The notes under the pieces are model-generated. The model saw only the letters and a list, made by a program, of their open reading frames with translations, was not told the origin of the DNA and searched no databases. This document shows, piece after piece, positions 38,130 through 48,200 of a stretch of 64,000 nt of DNA (its first letter is position 1; each line of letters starts with the position of its first letter). The stretch is taken from positions 1 through 64,000 of IMG/VR virus record IMGVR_UViG_2675903060_000003; one strand, given 5' to 3'. This DNA is from a virus. Lineage: Duplodnaviria > Caudoviricetes. The translations under genes were made by a program, and so were the position numbers.

Positions 38130-38408
38130 CTAGTCTCGGTCTCCGAGGAGCCGGTCCAGCTTCGCTTCGATGCGCTCTAGGTCGCGCGCGTCTGCCTGGA
38201 ACAGCAGGTGTTTCGCGCCGAGCAGCAGCGTGGCCTGGATGATGAGCTGCAGGTATTCCGACTGCCAGTTTTCGAACGTGGCCGCCCAGAACTCGGTCCA
38301 GCCCTTCTCTGCTATCTCGGGCTGCATCGCGACCGCCTGCCCGATCCATGAGCCGGCGAACAGGACGGCGAGGATGTAGACGGCGCCCCAGCGGCGGAAG
38401 TGCTTCAT
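38130..38408 (-). CDS. DUF6766-like membrane protein
   Basis: FWAATFENWQSEYLQL; AGGAGG RBS. Confidence 0.75.
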   Translation of the reverse strand: MKHFRRWGAVYILAVLFAGSWIGQAVAMQPEIAEKGWTEFWAATFENWQSEYLQLIIQATLLLGAKHLLFQADARDLERIEAKLDRLLGDRD

Positions 38409-38433
38409 GGTGCGCCTCCTCTGAGGGTGTTTG

Positions 38434-39423
38434 TCAGTTGTCGATCCATGCCTCTTCGGCGCGGTCGATGGCGTCATAGAAGGCGCTCTGGTTCGGGCCG
38501 TCCACGACGACGCCCCAAGCGTCGCCGGTGGCCGGGGTGACGCGCAGGACGTTGCCGGATCCGGTGCCGCCCCATTCGCCATCGAGTTCGATGCGGACCT
38601 TGCCGGCGTTGGTGGAGACCTCCCGCCGGCGTACCCCCGTGTCCGGGCCGTCCGGGCTGTCTTCGTCGAAGCCTTCGATGACGACGTCGATGGCGCGGCG
38701 GATGCGGGCGATGGATGCGGCGTTGAACGCGGTCTCCACGGGGGTGCCGTCGTCGCCGAGGTGCCGAAAGGCGATCTTGCCGTCGTCGGTGGGGTAGACG
38801 TCGATGTCGCCGTAGTCGGTGGGGACGCGGCTGGAGGAGTCGAGCCGGAACAGCGCTTCGTCGAGTTTGTCGATGTCGTTGCGGCTGAGGTTGACGGCGG
38901 GGGTGTTCGTGAGCGCTTCGATGCTGTCGGCGTCGCCGGCGACCCGCAGCGAATAGGAGTCGTCTCCGTCCTTCTGGATGTGCGCGACGAGGTGTGAGAC
39001 CGGCTGCTTGTCGGGGCCGGTCGTGTAGTAGCGGACGATCTGCGATGTGCCGACGTCCACGTCTTCGCCGGCCATGTCGCCGAGGCTGCGGTTCAGTTCC
39101 TCTGTGGCCCGCTTGTCGAGGGTGATGGAGGTGCCGTTCGCGGTGAGGGTGGTGGTGCCGTCGCTGTGGCGGTCGAGGGCGATCTCTTTGCCGTCGCGGG
39201 TGCGGATGTCTGCGCCGTTGATGATGCTGGGCATGCCTTGGCCGGTGGAGTGCCGGCTGGGTGAGTCTTTGACGGCGTCGGGGCGGGCGGTGTCGCGGAG
39301 GGCGGTGGAGATGGCGGACGGGTTGCCGCCGGAGGCTTTGCTGGCGAACTTGCCTTCGCGGTCGCGGGCGATGGCCGACTCTCGGAAGGTGTGGGATCGC
39401 ATCGGGGCGTCCTCCTTCCGCAC
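38434..39423 (-). CDS. Hypothetical acidic protein with N-terminal RDxxGKF motif (start probably 39402)
   Basis: Long ORF with strong codon bias. Confidence 0.75.
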   Translation of the reverse strand: MRKEDAPMRSHTFRESAIARDREGKFASKASGGNPSAISTALRDTARPDAVKDSPSRHSTGQGMPSIINGADIRTRDGKEIALDRHSDGTTTLTANGTSITLDKRATEELNRSLGDMAGEDVDVGTSQIVRYYTTGPDKQPVSHLVAHIQKDGDDSYSLRVAGDADSIEALTNTPAVNLSRNDIDKLDEALFRLDSSSRVPTDYGDIDVYPTDDGKIAFRHLGDDGTPVETAFNAASIARIRRAIDVVIEGFDEDSPDGPDTGVRRREVSTNAGKVRIELDGEWGGTGSGNVLRVTPATGDAWGVVVDGPNQSAFYDAIDRAEEAWIDN

Positions 39424-39561
39424 AGGCGGCGGTGACGCAGTGTCACATGCGCCGGTTCGTGGAGGCGTCTGGCGAGGTATCCGGCGGGTGGAGACCGGAG
39501 ACTTTCCGCAGGATGTGCGGGGTGCACGCTGAGTGATGGGCCTACGGGCGGATGGTGGTCT

Positions 39562-39801
39562 TCACGGCTCCCGGTGGGTGGACTGCAAGTGCTTGGCCGC
39601 CTCTCCGATCAAGGCGGCGACGCTGGTCACGGTCACGACCTTCACATCCGCGTGCGCGGCCAGCGCGGACAGGTAGGCGAGTGGCCGGCCGTCGTCGAAG
39701 TGGTCGCGGCAGTGCAGGCCGACGCCTCCGTCTTCGTCTCCGCACAGGTAGAGGCGTGGATGGAGGAGCGCGGCGATGAGGTCGTCCTTGGCCACCTTCA
39801 C
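39562..39801 (-). CDS. Hypothetical protein
   Basis: GTGA overlap. Confidence 0.55.
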   Translation of the reverse strand: MKVAKDDLIAALLHPRLYLCGDEDGGVGLHCRDHFDDGRPLAYLSALAAHADVKVVTVTSVAALIGEAAKHLQSTHREP

Positions 39802-39956
39802 GAGCCGGGTCCTCGGACGCTGGCGGAGAGGATCTGGCCGACCAGGTAGAGGGCCTGGTTCTCGTTGAAGCCCGCGCCGACGTAGGCCATGTACGCCTCG
39901 TGGAGTTGCACGGCGGCGGCAGCGAGCAGAGTGATCGGGTCCTCGGGATCAGGCAT
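39798..39956 (-). CDS. Small helical phage protein
   Basis: LHEAYMAYVGAGFNENQALYLV. Confidence 0.65.
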   Translation of the reverse strand: MPDPEDPITLLAAAAVQLHEAYMAYVGAGFNENQALYLVGQILSASVRGPGS

Positions 39957-40269
39957 CGGCGTCCTCTCGGCGTGAGGGTTGGAAGCCTTCGCGGAATCGA
40001 TCAAGGGGAATCTCTTCGCCGGAGGGCATCTCCACGAGGTCATCGCCAAAGAGAAGGCGGACTACCGGCACGCCGAACACTGTCGCGAGCAAGACGATCT
40101 CCATGAGTGACACAGGGCGTCGAAGGGTCTCCAGCTGTGTGACCCTGTTCGGTGTCCAGCGCGCACCTTGGGCGCACATCTGGCGCGCGAGGTCGGCCTG
40201 CGTCCACCCCTGCTGTTCCCTCAGCTCCGCCATATTGCGGGCAATGACGTGCTCCAATCGCACGGCCAC
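39949..40269 (-). CDS. XRE-family HTH regulator
   Basis: LREQQGWTQADLA...VTQLE. Confidence 0.8.
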   Translation of the reverse strand: MAVRLEHVIARNMAELREQQGWTQADLARQMCAQGARWTPNRVTQLETLRRPVSLMEIVLLATVFGVPVVRLLFGDDLVEMPSGEEIPLDRFREGFQPSRREDADA

Positions 40270-40396
40270 GTTGCGTCTTCTCCTCGTGATGGGCGAGAGC
40301 CCGGCGCACGAGGACGCCGGGCTCTCTACCTCCAGGAGCTACCTGGAGGGTTCTAATGGGGGCAGTGCAGGCGTGCGTCTGCGGGATGATGAAGCC

Positions 40397-40681
40397 ATGG
40401 GCATGCAGATCATCAAGCAGCCGTCCGGCCAGTTCGCCATCTTCGACTCCGTCACGGACACGGTCATCGTCTGGGACGCAACCGAAGAGGAGGTCGTCGA
40501 GTACTTCGCCGAACGGGCCGCTGACCGCGCTCGCGAAGATGCCCGCCGCCAGGTCAGCCACGTCGCCGCAGGGAACCCGCGCAAGGCGTACTTCCAGTTC
40601 GCCATGACGTGGGATGAGGCGCTCACCAAGGATCGGAAGCATGGCGGCACAGCGTGGAAGGAGTGCCAGCAGCGTGGATGA
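40397..40681 (+). CDS. Hypothetical protein, inverted orientation
   Basis: MGMQIIKQPSGQFAIFDSVTD... Confidence 0.65.
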   Translation: MGMQIIKQPSGQFAIFDSVTDTVIVWDATEEEVVEYFAERAADRAREDARRQVSHVAAGNPRKAYFQFAMTWDEALTKDRKHGGTAWKECQQRG

Positions 40682-40698
40682 TCTCGCGAAGCGCCCGG

Positions 40699-41007
40699 CT
40701 ATCTGATCCCGGGGTGCCGTTCCGGCGGCCTCCGCATCCGTCCTTGCTTGTCCGCCTTTGCCTTGCCGCCCTCGGACGACGACTTGTAGACGTGGCACCG
40801 CTGGGCGGTCCGGAGCCCGTGGATGGGCCTCAGCACCTCTATGCGGTGGTCGGTGCGGTCGCCGAGGTGGTCCACGTCCGTCGCCCCCGGCTCCCCGCAC
40901 ACGTGGCAGGTGTCGCCGTACACGCGGAAGCACTCGGCGCGGATTTCTGGCCAGTCGGTCGGCAAGTCTGCCGAGCGGTCGTGGCCTGCCCACTGTGCGT
41001 TTGCCAT
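40699..41007 (-). CDS. HNH endonuclease (packaging-associated type)
   Basis: CHVC...DVDH...CH..KS, PERHPG. Confidence 0.85.
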   Translation of the reverse strand: MANAQWAGHDRSADLPTDWPEIRAECFRVYGDTCHVCGEPGATDVDHLGDRTDHRIEVLRPIHGLRTAQRCHVYKSSSEGGKAKADKQGRMRRPPERHPGIR

Positions 41008-41705
41008 CAGCCCACGCCCAAGCTTGCGGCGCGCTCCGAGATCAGTGCCCGGATCGCTGCCCCGTCCCCGGCTGCGTCCATGTACCGCTGGTAGAGGGCG
41101 ACGGCCTGCTCGTACGCCGGTCCTGTCTTCGCCGCGGACTGGTGGTGCAGGGCGTACACGCGGCCTTCGTGGCGCACGGGCTCTGCGCCGAGGAGCGTGC
41201 GGTGGCTGATCAGCCACGCCACGTCCTCCGGAGCCCAGCCGAGGAAGCGCTCGTCCTGCCCGCCGCACGCCCACCACGTCTCCAGCGAGGTTACGTACAC
41301 GCCCGAGGTGGCTGCGGGCACCACCAGATGGTTGCAGCGGTCAAGCGGCGCCCCGCGCCGGTATTGGGCTGTGCCGTCCGCTCTTAGCGACCGGTACTCG
41401 GTGTACGGCAGATGCACCCGCCCGCTGACGGCTGCGCCTTCGACCGCCGCCAGCAGCGGCTCCCTCTCGGGCAGCGTGTCCGCGTCGCCGAGCACCACCA
41501 CGTCCGCGCCGGACTCCTCCGCCAGCCGGACGCCCCGGTTGCGGCAGGCGGCCAGACAGAACGGCTCATGCCCGGTGTCCACATCCACGATCTCGACGCC
41601 CGGCAGCAGCTCCCGGTAGCGGGCCACCGTCAACCGGTGGGCGAGCACACGGGACGGCTGAGGTCTCCACGGGATCACGACCAGCACCCGAAGGTCAGTA
41701 GTCAT
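41007..41705 (-). CDS. GT-A glycosyltransferase (GT2/GT7-like)
   Basis: VVIPWR, DAD, GGQDERFLGWAPED. Confidence 0.85.
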   Translation of the reverse strand: MTTDLRVLVVIPWRPQPSRVLAHRLTVARYRELLPGVEIVDVDTGHEPFCLAACRNRGVRLAEESGADVVVLGDADTLPEREPLLAAVEGAAVSGRVHLPYTEYRSLRADGTAQYRRGAPLDRCNHLVVPAATSGVYVTSLETWWACGGQDERFLGWAPEDVAWLISHRTLLGAEPVRHEGRVYALHHQSAAKTGPAYEQAVALYQRYMDAAGDGAAIRALISERAASLGVG

Positions 41706-42360
41706 GCCCTGCCCTTTCGTGCCCGATGTGCGTCACCAACGGCGTATCGTCACGGCGGCCCCAGTACGCGCCGCGCGCCTTCGGGTCGGTGAACAGTTCC
41801 CGGCCGAACCTCGACTCCGACCAGTCGCCCTCAGGCCACGGCCGGCGCAGCGTCGAAGCGGGGATGAGGGACGGGTTGCCGGTGAAGCAGGCCCGGTGCT
41901 CAATCCACGAGTAGGTGTCCTCCGTGCGCTGCTGGAAGAGGTTGCCCTGCGCCTCCAGCGCCTCGATCAACCCGCCGCGCTCGCGCTCGTTGTGGAACCA
42001 CGGCTGGCGCACCAGGGCAACCTGTGTCAGGTACGGGTGGCCATCCAGCACTGTGGCGAGGTCGGCGGCGTCAAGCGGCTGGTTGAGGACGAAGTCCTCC
42101 TCCCAGAAGAACACCCAGCGGCAGCCTGCGGCGGCCTGCCAGACACGGCGCATCGCCCGCCAGTACCCGGCCCGGTCTTCGGCGACGGGGACGACCTCGG
42201 CCGTGAACTCGGCTTGCAGCCAGTCCCGGTAAGCAGCGTCTCCGGAGTCGTCCACAATCAGCGGCGACCCCACACCGGACAGGTTGGCGCGGATAGACGC
42301 GAGCGCCTGCGTGATGCAGTCCTTACGCCCGTTGCCGAGGACGATCAGTGGAACCGACAC
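41695..42360 (-). CDS. GT-A glycosyltransferase (GT2-like)
   Basis: IVDDSG, FWEEDF, NPSL, HIG. Confidence 0.8.
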   Translation of the reverse strand: MSVPLIVLGNGRKDCITQALASIRANLSGVGSPLIVDDSGDAAYRDWLQAEFTAEVVPVAEDRAGYWRAMRRVWQAAAGCRWVFFWEEDFVLNQPLDAADLATVLDGHPYLTQVALVRQPWFHNERERGGLIEALEAQGNLFQQRTEDTYSWIEHRACFTGNPSLIPASTLRRPWPEGDWSESRFGRELFTDPKARGAYWGRRDDTPLVTHIGHERAGHDY

Positions 42361-42399
42361 AGGCGACCGCCTCTCTCGCCATGCGAGGCGGCCGTCGCT

Positions 42400-42672
42400 C
42401 TATTCGTGCTGGTAGAACTCGTAGATGTGAGCGCCGTCGTCAGTGACCGAGCCTGTAGGCCGATAGTCCGCGACGGGCATGTGTGAATCCCAAGGGTCCG
42501 CATACTCGAATGTCGTCAGCGGCCTAGCCTCGGGCTGTCTCCACATGGGCGGAAGCTCGTGCCAGCGAAACCTCGTCCCGTCGTCGCCATTCGGTCCACG
42601 CAACTCGATCAGGAATGGCTTGTCTGCCCAATCCTCGCGATTGAACTTCGACAGGGCATTCACATCGTCCAT
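42400..42672 (-). CDS. Hypothetical protein inserted in the GT cluster
   Basis: Lower GC; LRGPNGDDG. Confidence 0.55.
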   Translation of the reverse strand: MDDVNALSKFNREDWADKPFLIELRGPNGDDGTRFRWHELPPMWRQPEARPLTTFEYADPWDSHMPVADYRPTGSVTDDGAHIYEFYQHE

Positions 42673-42679
42673 CGTCCCA

Positions 42680-43549
42680 TTATGCCGTGAGGGTGCGCCT
42701 CACGCCCTCCTCGATCGACACCTGCGGCTCGTAGAAGCCGAGCATGCGGGACGGGTCGCACACCCGGTAGGCGACGCCTGCGGGGGCGTCGGGACGGTAG
42801 GTGAAGGAAGGGCTGTACCCGGCCTCCGCGGTGAACAGCTTCGCCAGGTCCGTCATCGACGTCGCCAGGCCAGTGCCGAGGTTGACCGGCCCGTCCACGC
42901 CGTACTCCCACGCGGCCAAGACGGCGCCCACGATGTCGGACACGTGGATCCAGTCGCGCGTCTGGGTGCCGTCGCCCCAGATCGTGAACGGGTCTTCCCG
43001 GCGGTTGGCGCGACCTTGGAAGGCTCCGAACGGGAACCGCTCGCCCTGGTCCTCGCCGTAGCCGGAGAACGGGCGTAGCACCGTCACCGTGCCGCCCTGC
43101 TGCCGGTAGCTGGCCGCCAGGTGCTCGCCCGTGAGTTTCAGCCAGCCGTAGATGGCGTCCGGCTGCTCCGGCGCGTCCAAGCTGATGTGGTCCTCGCGGA
43201 GGCGGACCGACAGGCCAGGCTGCTGCAGCGACATCGGATAGGCGGCCGACGACGAGAAGTACACCACCCTGCCGGGCTTGGCCCGCAGCGCCCATTGGAA
43301 CATGGCGGCATCGAGCTCAAGACAGCCGGCGCCCACGGTCAGCGGTGAGGCGTCGATCGCGGAACGGTGAGGCTCGACCGCGGCGCAGTGCGCCACCAGG
43401 TCGAAGCGGGCGCCACCATGCCGGAACAGGTTGAGCGCGTCCCGCCCGTCCGTGATGTCGACGCCGGTCACGTCATGGCCGAGGTCTGACAGGGCGGCCG
43501 TGAGGTGGCGGCCGATGAATCCGGCCGAGCCGGTGACGAGCGCTCTCAC
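42680..43549 (-). CDS. NAD-dependent nucleotide-sugar epimerase/dehydratase
   Basis: TGSAGFIG, SSSAAY, YGWLK, GDGTQTRDWIH. Confidence 0.93.
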   Translation of the reverse strand: MRALVTGSAGFIGRHLTAALSDLGHDVTGVDITDGRDALNLFRHGGARFDLVAHCAAVEPHRSAIDASPLTVGAGCLELDAAMFQWALRAKPGRVVYFSSSAAYPMSLQQPGLSVRLREDHISLDAPEQPDAIYGWLKLTGEHLAASYRQQGGTVTVLRPFSGYGEDQGERFPFGAFQGRANRREDPFTIWGDGTQTRDWIHVSDIVGAVLAAWEYGVDGPVNLGTGLATSMTDLAKLFTAEAGYSPSFTYRPDAPAGVAYRVCDPSRMLGFYEPQVSIEEGVRRTLTA

Positions 43550-43552
43550 GGA

Positions 43553-44227
43553 TCACACCCTTAAAGCGTCTGCGGGGATACGGAGGGTGCCGTCGCCGTT
43601 GAAGCCCTGGCCGACGAACCGGCCTGGCGTGCGCGGTGTCGGGAAGTCGCGTTTGTCGTCGAACCCGTCCGGCTCGAACTGGGGGCTCTCGGCGCTGGTG
43701 TGGACCATCAGCGACTGTCTCGCCAGCGGGTACACCTGGTGGGCCAGCCAAAGCTGGTCGGCCTGCCACCGTTCCACGCCGGCGTGCTTCTCCGGCAGGA
43801 GCCGGGCCGCTGCCGCGGCGCCGTCCCGTCTGGCACCCCACATCCCAGCCAGGATCGGCATGCCGTGCTCCGGGTGGTCCCGCATGGCGTGGAACTGCCT
43901 GCCGGACGCCAGCCATTCCTTAACGGCGGCGCGCTCACGCTCGCACGGGCGGGAGTCCGCGTCGCGGAACAGCGTCACCTCGTTGCCGTCCCGCAAGGCG
44001 TGGAACCGCCAGAACGTCGACCACCAGTCCTCCGAGGCCCCAACCATGCGGACGATCCCGGCGCCCTGCTGGGCGAGCTCGCCGACGACGTGGGACGGGA
44101 TGGAGTCACCGACATAGAAGCGGCACACGAAGTCGGGGTAGAGCTCGGCGCACAGGCGGACGTTCTCCACCGCGCCCACCCGGTACAGCTCGTCCGGGCC
44201 GAACAGGCTGAACGAGATGACCTTCAC
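43553..44227 (-). CDS. Putative GT-A fold glycosyltransferase
   Basis: ISFSLFG, WRF, RDADSR (DxD), MRDHPEH, AGMWG, DQ.WL. Confidence 0.7.
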   Translation of the reverse strand: MKVISFSLFGPDELYRVGAVENVRLCAELYPDFVCRFYVGDSIPSHVVGELAQQGAGIVRMVGASEDWWSTFWRFHALRDGNEVTLFRDADSRPCERERAAVKEWLASGRQFHAMRDHPEHGMPILAGMWGARRDGAAAAARLLPEKHAGVERWQADQLWLAHQVYPLARQSLMVHTSAESPQFEPDGFDDKRDFPTPRTPGRFVGQGFNGDGTLRIPADALRV

Positions 44228-44907
44228 CCGAGCAGTGCTTTCAGCTTGTCGACGTCGCCGGGCATGCGGTGCTCCAGCCAGGCGGCGTAGGCGAGCCGGT
44301 CAGCCTCGGCGGCGTCCGCGTTGTTGACCTCGCGGTAGCGGTCGTCCTCGGCGGCCTTGCCGTTGAGGTAGTGCTGGTGCTCCACCACCACCCGCGGCAG
44401 GTACCGGATCCGGTCGATCGCCCGGCCGAGGTCGAGCCACACGTTGTCGGCCCACAGGTGCAGGATCCCGTCCGGCACCATCCAGCCGAGCGCCATCACG
44501 ATGTCGGACGTGACCGCGACCTGAGTGGGCAGGCGTTCGCCGGCCAGCAGGTCGTTGCCGTAGACGAAGCCCGTCCCGAGGTCGCGCAGGGCCGCCAGGT
44601 AGTGCTCGTCCCAGCCGCGGGTGCGGGGCCGGTGGTCGTCGCCGAGGAACCCGATCGCGAAGTGGTGGGGGGCGTGCTCGACGGCGACCTTGTTCAAGGT
44701 CGGGCACATGCGCAGCCGCGGACCCACGGTCAGGGCGATGCCGCGGTCGGCGCACACCTGCCGGTAGTCATCGAGAGTGGGGTCGTCGTCGTCGACAGCA
44801 ACAAGCAGACCGGTGGGGCCGGTGGTGGCCGCAGTCCAGGCGTCATGCAGGTCGGCGATGTTGTGCGGGCGCCCACGCGAGGGGACGATCACCAGCAGGT
44901 CAGGCAC
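44224..44907 (-). CDS. GT2-like glycosyltransferase
   Basis: VIVPSRGRP, VDDDD, LGDDH, EHQHY. Confidence 0.85.
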   Translation of the reverse strand: MPDLLVIVPSRGRPHNIADLHDAWTAATTGPTGLLVAVDDDDPTLDDYRQVCADRGIALTVGPRLRMCPTLNKVAVEHAPHHFAIGFLGDDHRPRTRGWDEHYLAALRDLGTGFVYGNDLLAGERLPTQVAVTSDIVMALGWMVPDGILHLWADNVWLDLGRAIDRIRYLPRVVVEHQHYLNGKAAEDDRYREVNNADAAEADRLAYAAWLEHRMPGDVDKLKALLG

Positions 44908-44917
44908 GGCACCCCTC

Positions 44918-45220
44918 TCACGTGATGTTGATAGGGCCGCTGCGGATCAACGGCTCTTCCTGGGCGGTGACCGGTTTGACCCAGATCACGTACTTGCCTT
45001 CGTTGAGGGTCCCGATCCCGGTGTCGCCGCCGTACATGGCGCGCACAGTGCCGGTGGCGGTGTGCCATTCGGCCTCATGCCATACGTCGCCGTCCCTCTC
45101 GGGCTCCACGTCATACGGCATGACCGCCATGTAGACCGGCGTCGTGGGCGTGTACGTGCCCGTCACCACGCCAGAGTGCATCCACTCCTTAGTGCCAGAC
45201 GGGTAGCAGGGGATGCTCAC
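44918..45220 (-). CDS. Small beta-rich structural/adaptor protein
   Basis: WHEAEW...GKYVIWVK...EEPLIRSGPINIT; follows the repeat protein. Confidence 0.7.
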   Translation of the reverse strand: MSIPCYPSGTKEWMHSGVVTGTYTPTTPVYMAVMPYDVEPERDGDVWHEAEWHTATGTVRAMYGGDTGIGTLNEGKYVIWVKPVTAQEEPLIRSGPINIT

Positions 45221-45236
45221 GAGGACCACCCCCTGC

Positions 45237-48200
45237 TCAGCGTCGTATCGGCGCGGTCGCGGACCACCTGCGGGGGACTGGATCGCTCGTGCGCCAACCT
45301 CTGGCTGGCGCGGTAGCGGACCATTGCCGGTGCGTCGGCGGGCCGATCGTGATGTCGATCTCCTGCGGGAGGTCTCCCGTCGACACGGACGGCGTCGGAA
45401 TCGACGCGACCGCGGCCACCGCGGGCGGTCTTGCTGTGGTGGACAGCAGCGCCGCGGGGATCGTGGCGTACGCCTGGACCGCTGCCGGAGTAGCAGCGAC
45501 CAGGATCGTGGTGGTGGGTGTAGGTACCGCGGCAGTAGCCAGGACGATCGCGGGTTGAGCGGTGATGCTCGTCCCGGTGGACGGTCCCGGGATAGCCGCG
45601 GCGGCGTTGACCGTCTGAGGGGTGGCGGTGGCATTGCCGCCGGCCTCGACAGTCGGCGCCGGGATGTTCGCGTCCGCCTGGACGGTGTCCGGGGTGGCGG
45701 TCGCTCCGGTCGCTGCGGTCGGGCCGGGGATCGCCGTGGACGCCCCTACGACCTCCGGAGAGGCCGTAGAAGAGGCGGACACCTCAGGAACGCCTACGGA
45801 CGCCTCAGAGGCGACTACAGGCGCGCTCGCGGTGGTCCCAGCCGAGACGTCCGGCTCCGGGATGGAGGCGGACGCCGCGACAGCGCCGGGTGTCGCGGTC
45901 GCCCCCGCCGAGGCGGTGGGTGCCGGGATCGTGGCGGTAGCGGGGACTGTCGTGGGCGAGGCTGTGGCGTCCGAGACCAGAAGGCCGCCGACGTTGTCCC
46001 AGACGACGGTGGTGTCCGCGCCGACCGCCTGCCAGGCCCCGGCCTGGAGGATCAGCCGCGTCGAGGTGACCGTGATCGGGGTCGCCTCGGAGTGCAGCTC
46101 CGCCCAGGAGGAGCCGTCCGGGGACGCCTCCCAGTAGGTGGTGCCCGCGTCCTCCCGGATGCGGAGCCAGCGGTGATCTGCCGGGCTGTAGGAGTGGAAG
46201 GCGAGGCTGGACTGGCTGCCGGAGACGACCTTGTAGATGCCGACGAATCCGCCCGCGATGACGAAGAACAGCCGGTTGATGGCGTCGGCCTCGACGATCG
46301 CGTAGACCTCAAGGCCGGTGGCCTGCGAACCGGCGTCGACCAGCTCGACCGCGAAGGCGCTGCCGGTCAGGTCGTAGGTGCCGGCGCTGGCGATCTGGCT
46401 GAACGCGACCGCCGAGCCGCTGATCTCGAACTGGTAGACGTCGTTCTGGCTGCCGGTGACGCCCGCGTTGTTGGTCGCTGTCCACAGGGCCGTGTCCAGC
46501 GTCGTCCCAGTGAAGGTGTCGCGGAGCTCGGATGCCGGAACGATACCGCCCGACACGTCAGGGGCCGGGACCGACGCGGACGCCTGGACGGTGTCCGGTG
46601 ATGCCGTGGCGCCCGCCGATGTGGCAGGCTCCGGGATGTCGGCCGTCGATTCCACGGCCGCTGGGGCAGCCGACGAGCCGGCGCCTGCTTGCGGTGTCGG
46701 GATGGTGGTGGTCGCCGAGACCACGCCAGGGCTCGCAGTCGCCCCGGCGGTCGAAGTAGGCGCTGGAACGCTGGCAGTGGCCTCGACGACGTCTGTGGTG
46801 GCCGTGGAGCTCGCGGAGACGTCGGGCGTGTCCACGGAGCTGGTGGCCGTGACCGGTGCAGGAGTAGCCGCTGTGACGGCGCCGACCGCCGGGGCGGGCA
46901 CCGACGACGTCGCCTGTACGACGGACGGGGCCGCGGTGGCGCCGGCACCCGCAGTCGGGGCCGGGACGGTCGTGGAGGCGGTGACGATGCTCGGGGAGGC
47001 GACGACCTCGGCCAGCACCGAAGCCTCAGGGACGGACGCGGTCGCCTGCACCACGGAGGGTGAGGCGGTGACGCCCGCCGTGACAGACGGGGCCGGCACC
47101 GACGACTGTGCCTGGACGACCGCGGGCGAGACGGTAGAGCTGGTGCTCGCGGACGGCGCCGGCACTGCGGCCGAGGCCGGAACGATCGCAGGTGAGGCGG
47201 TGGAGCCGGTCGTGACCGTGACCGACGGCACCGAGACCGACGCGGTGGCCACCGTCGGCGAGGCGGTGGAGCCCGCTGACGTGGTGGGTGCCGGGACGGT
47301 CGCTGTTGCGGGGGCGACGCCCGGCGTGAGAGTCGACCCGGTGGAGATCGTCGCCGACGGCACCGACGTGGTGGCTGCGACGACGCCAGGAGCAGCCGTA
47401 GCACCCGCCCCGGCCGTAGGAGCGGGGACGCTGGCTGATGCCGACACCACGCCCGGAGAGACGGTCGAGCCCGCGCCGGTACTGGGAGCGGGAACCGATG
47501 CCGTGCCCGCCACCACTGACGGGGTGGCGGTGGCGTCCTGGCTAGACGGGGTGGCACCCGCGATGCCGATCGTGTGACCGGCAGCGAAGACGAGCGACGC
47601 CGAGGGGGTGAAGTTCGCGGTGCTCGTCGGCGTCGAGCTGGACAGGGTGCGGGTGGCGAGCGTGGAGGTGACGTAGGTGGTGGACTGCAGGTCCGCCTGC
47701 TCGCTGAGCCCGCCGGGGGCGGTCCAGGAGACAGAACCGGGAGCAGTCGGGACACCCGTCGCGAACCGCAACTCCACGCTGTTGGCGGCGGGAGGGGTGA
47801 TGCCGGGCGTACCGATCGACGTGCCCGAGCCGGACGTCTCCTGCACCGTCGGCGTGGAAGTGGACGCGCCCGAGTAGGCGGCGATGATCACCGTGCCGTC
47901 AGCCGAGGCGTCCTGGGAGAAGTCCCACGACGTGGGCTCGCTGCCTCCTGCGATCTTCCAGTAGATGACGACCTGTAGGGCGTTCTCGCCCGCCGTGTAC
48001 GTACGCAAGACCTGCCAGGTGGCACCGCCTGTGGGGGTGCCCATGTCGTCGAGGGTGCCGACGTCAGCCGAGTGGTGGGCGACCAGCAGGTCGCCGGAGA
48101 CGACACCCGTCGGCTTGGTGGCGGTGAGCGGCGTCGTCCTCCCCGCGACGGACGTCACAGTGCCGCGCAGGACAGGCGGTGAGGCCGGAGCGGAGCCGTC

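Noticed and set aside
41007-44907. GT cluster as DNA hypermodification or Gtr-type serotype conversion
   Set aside because: No base hydroxymethylase/TET, flippase or polytopic GT nearby; not excluded, but less supported than virion glycosylation
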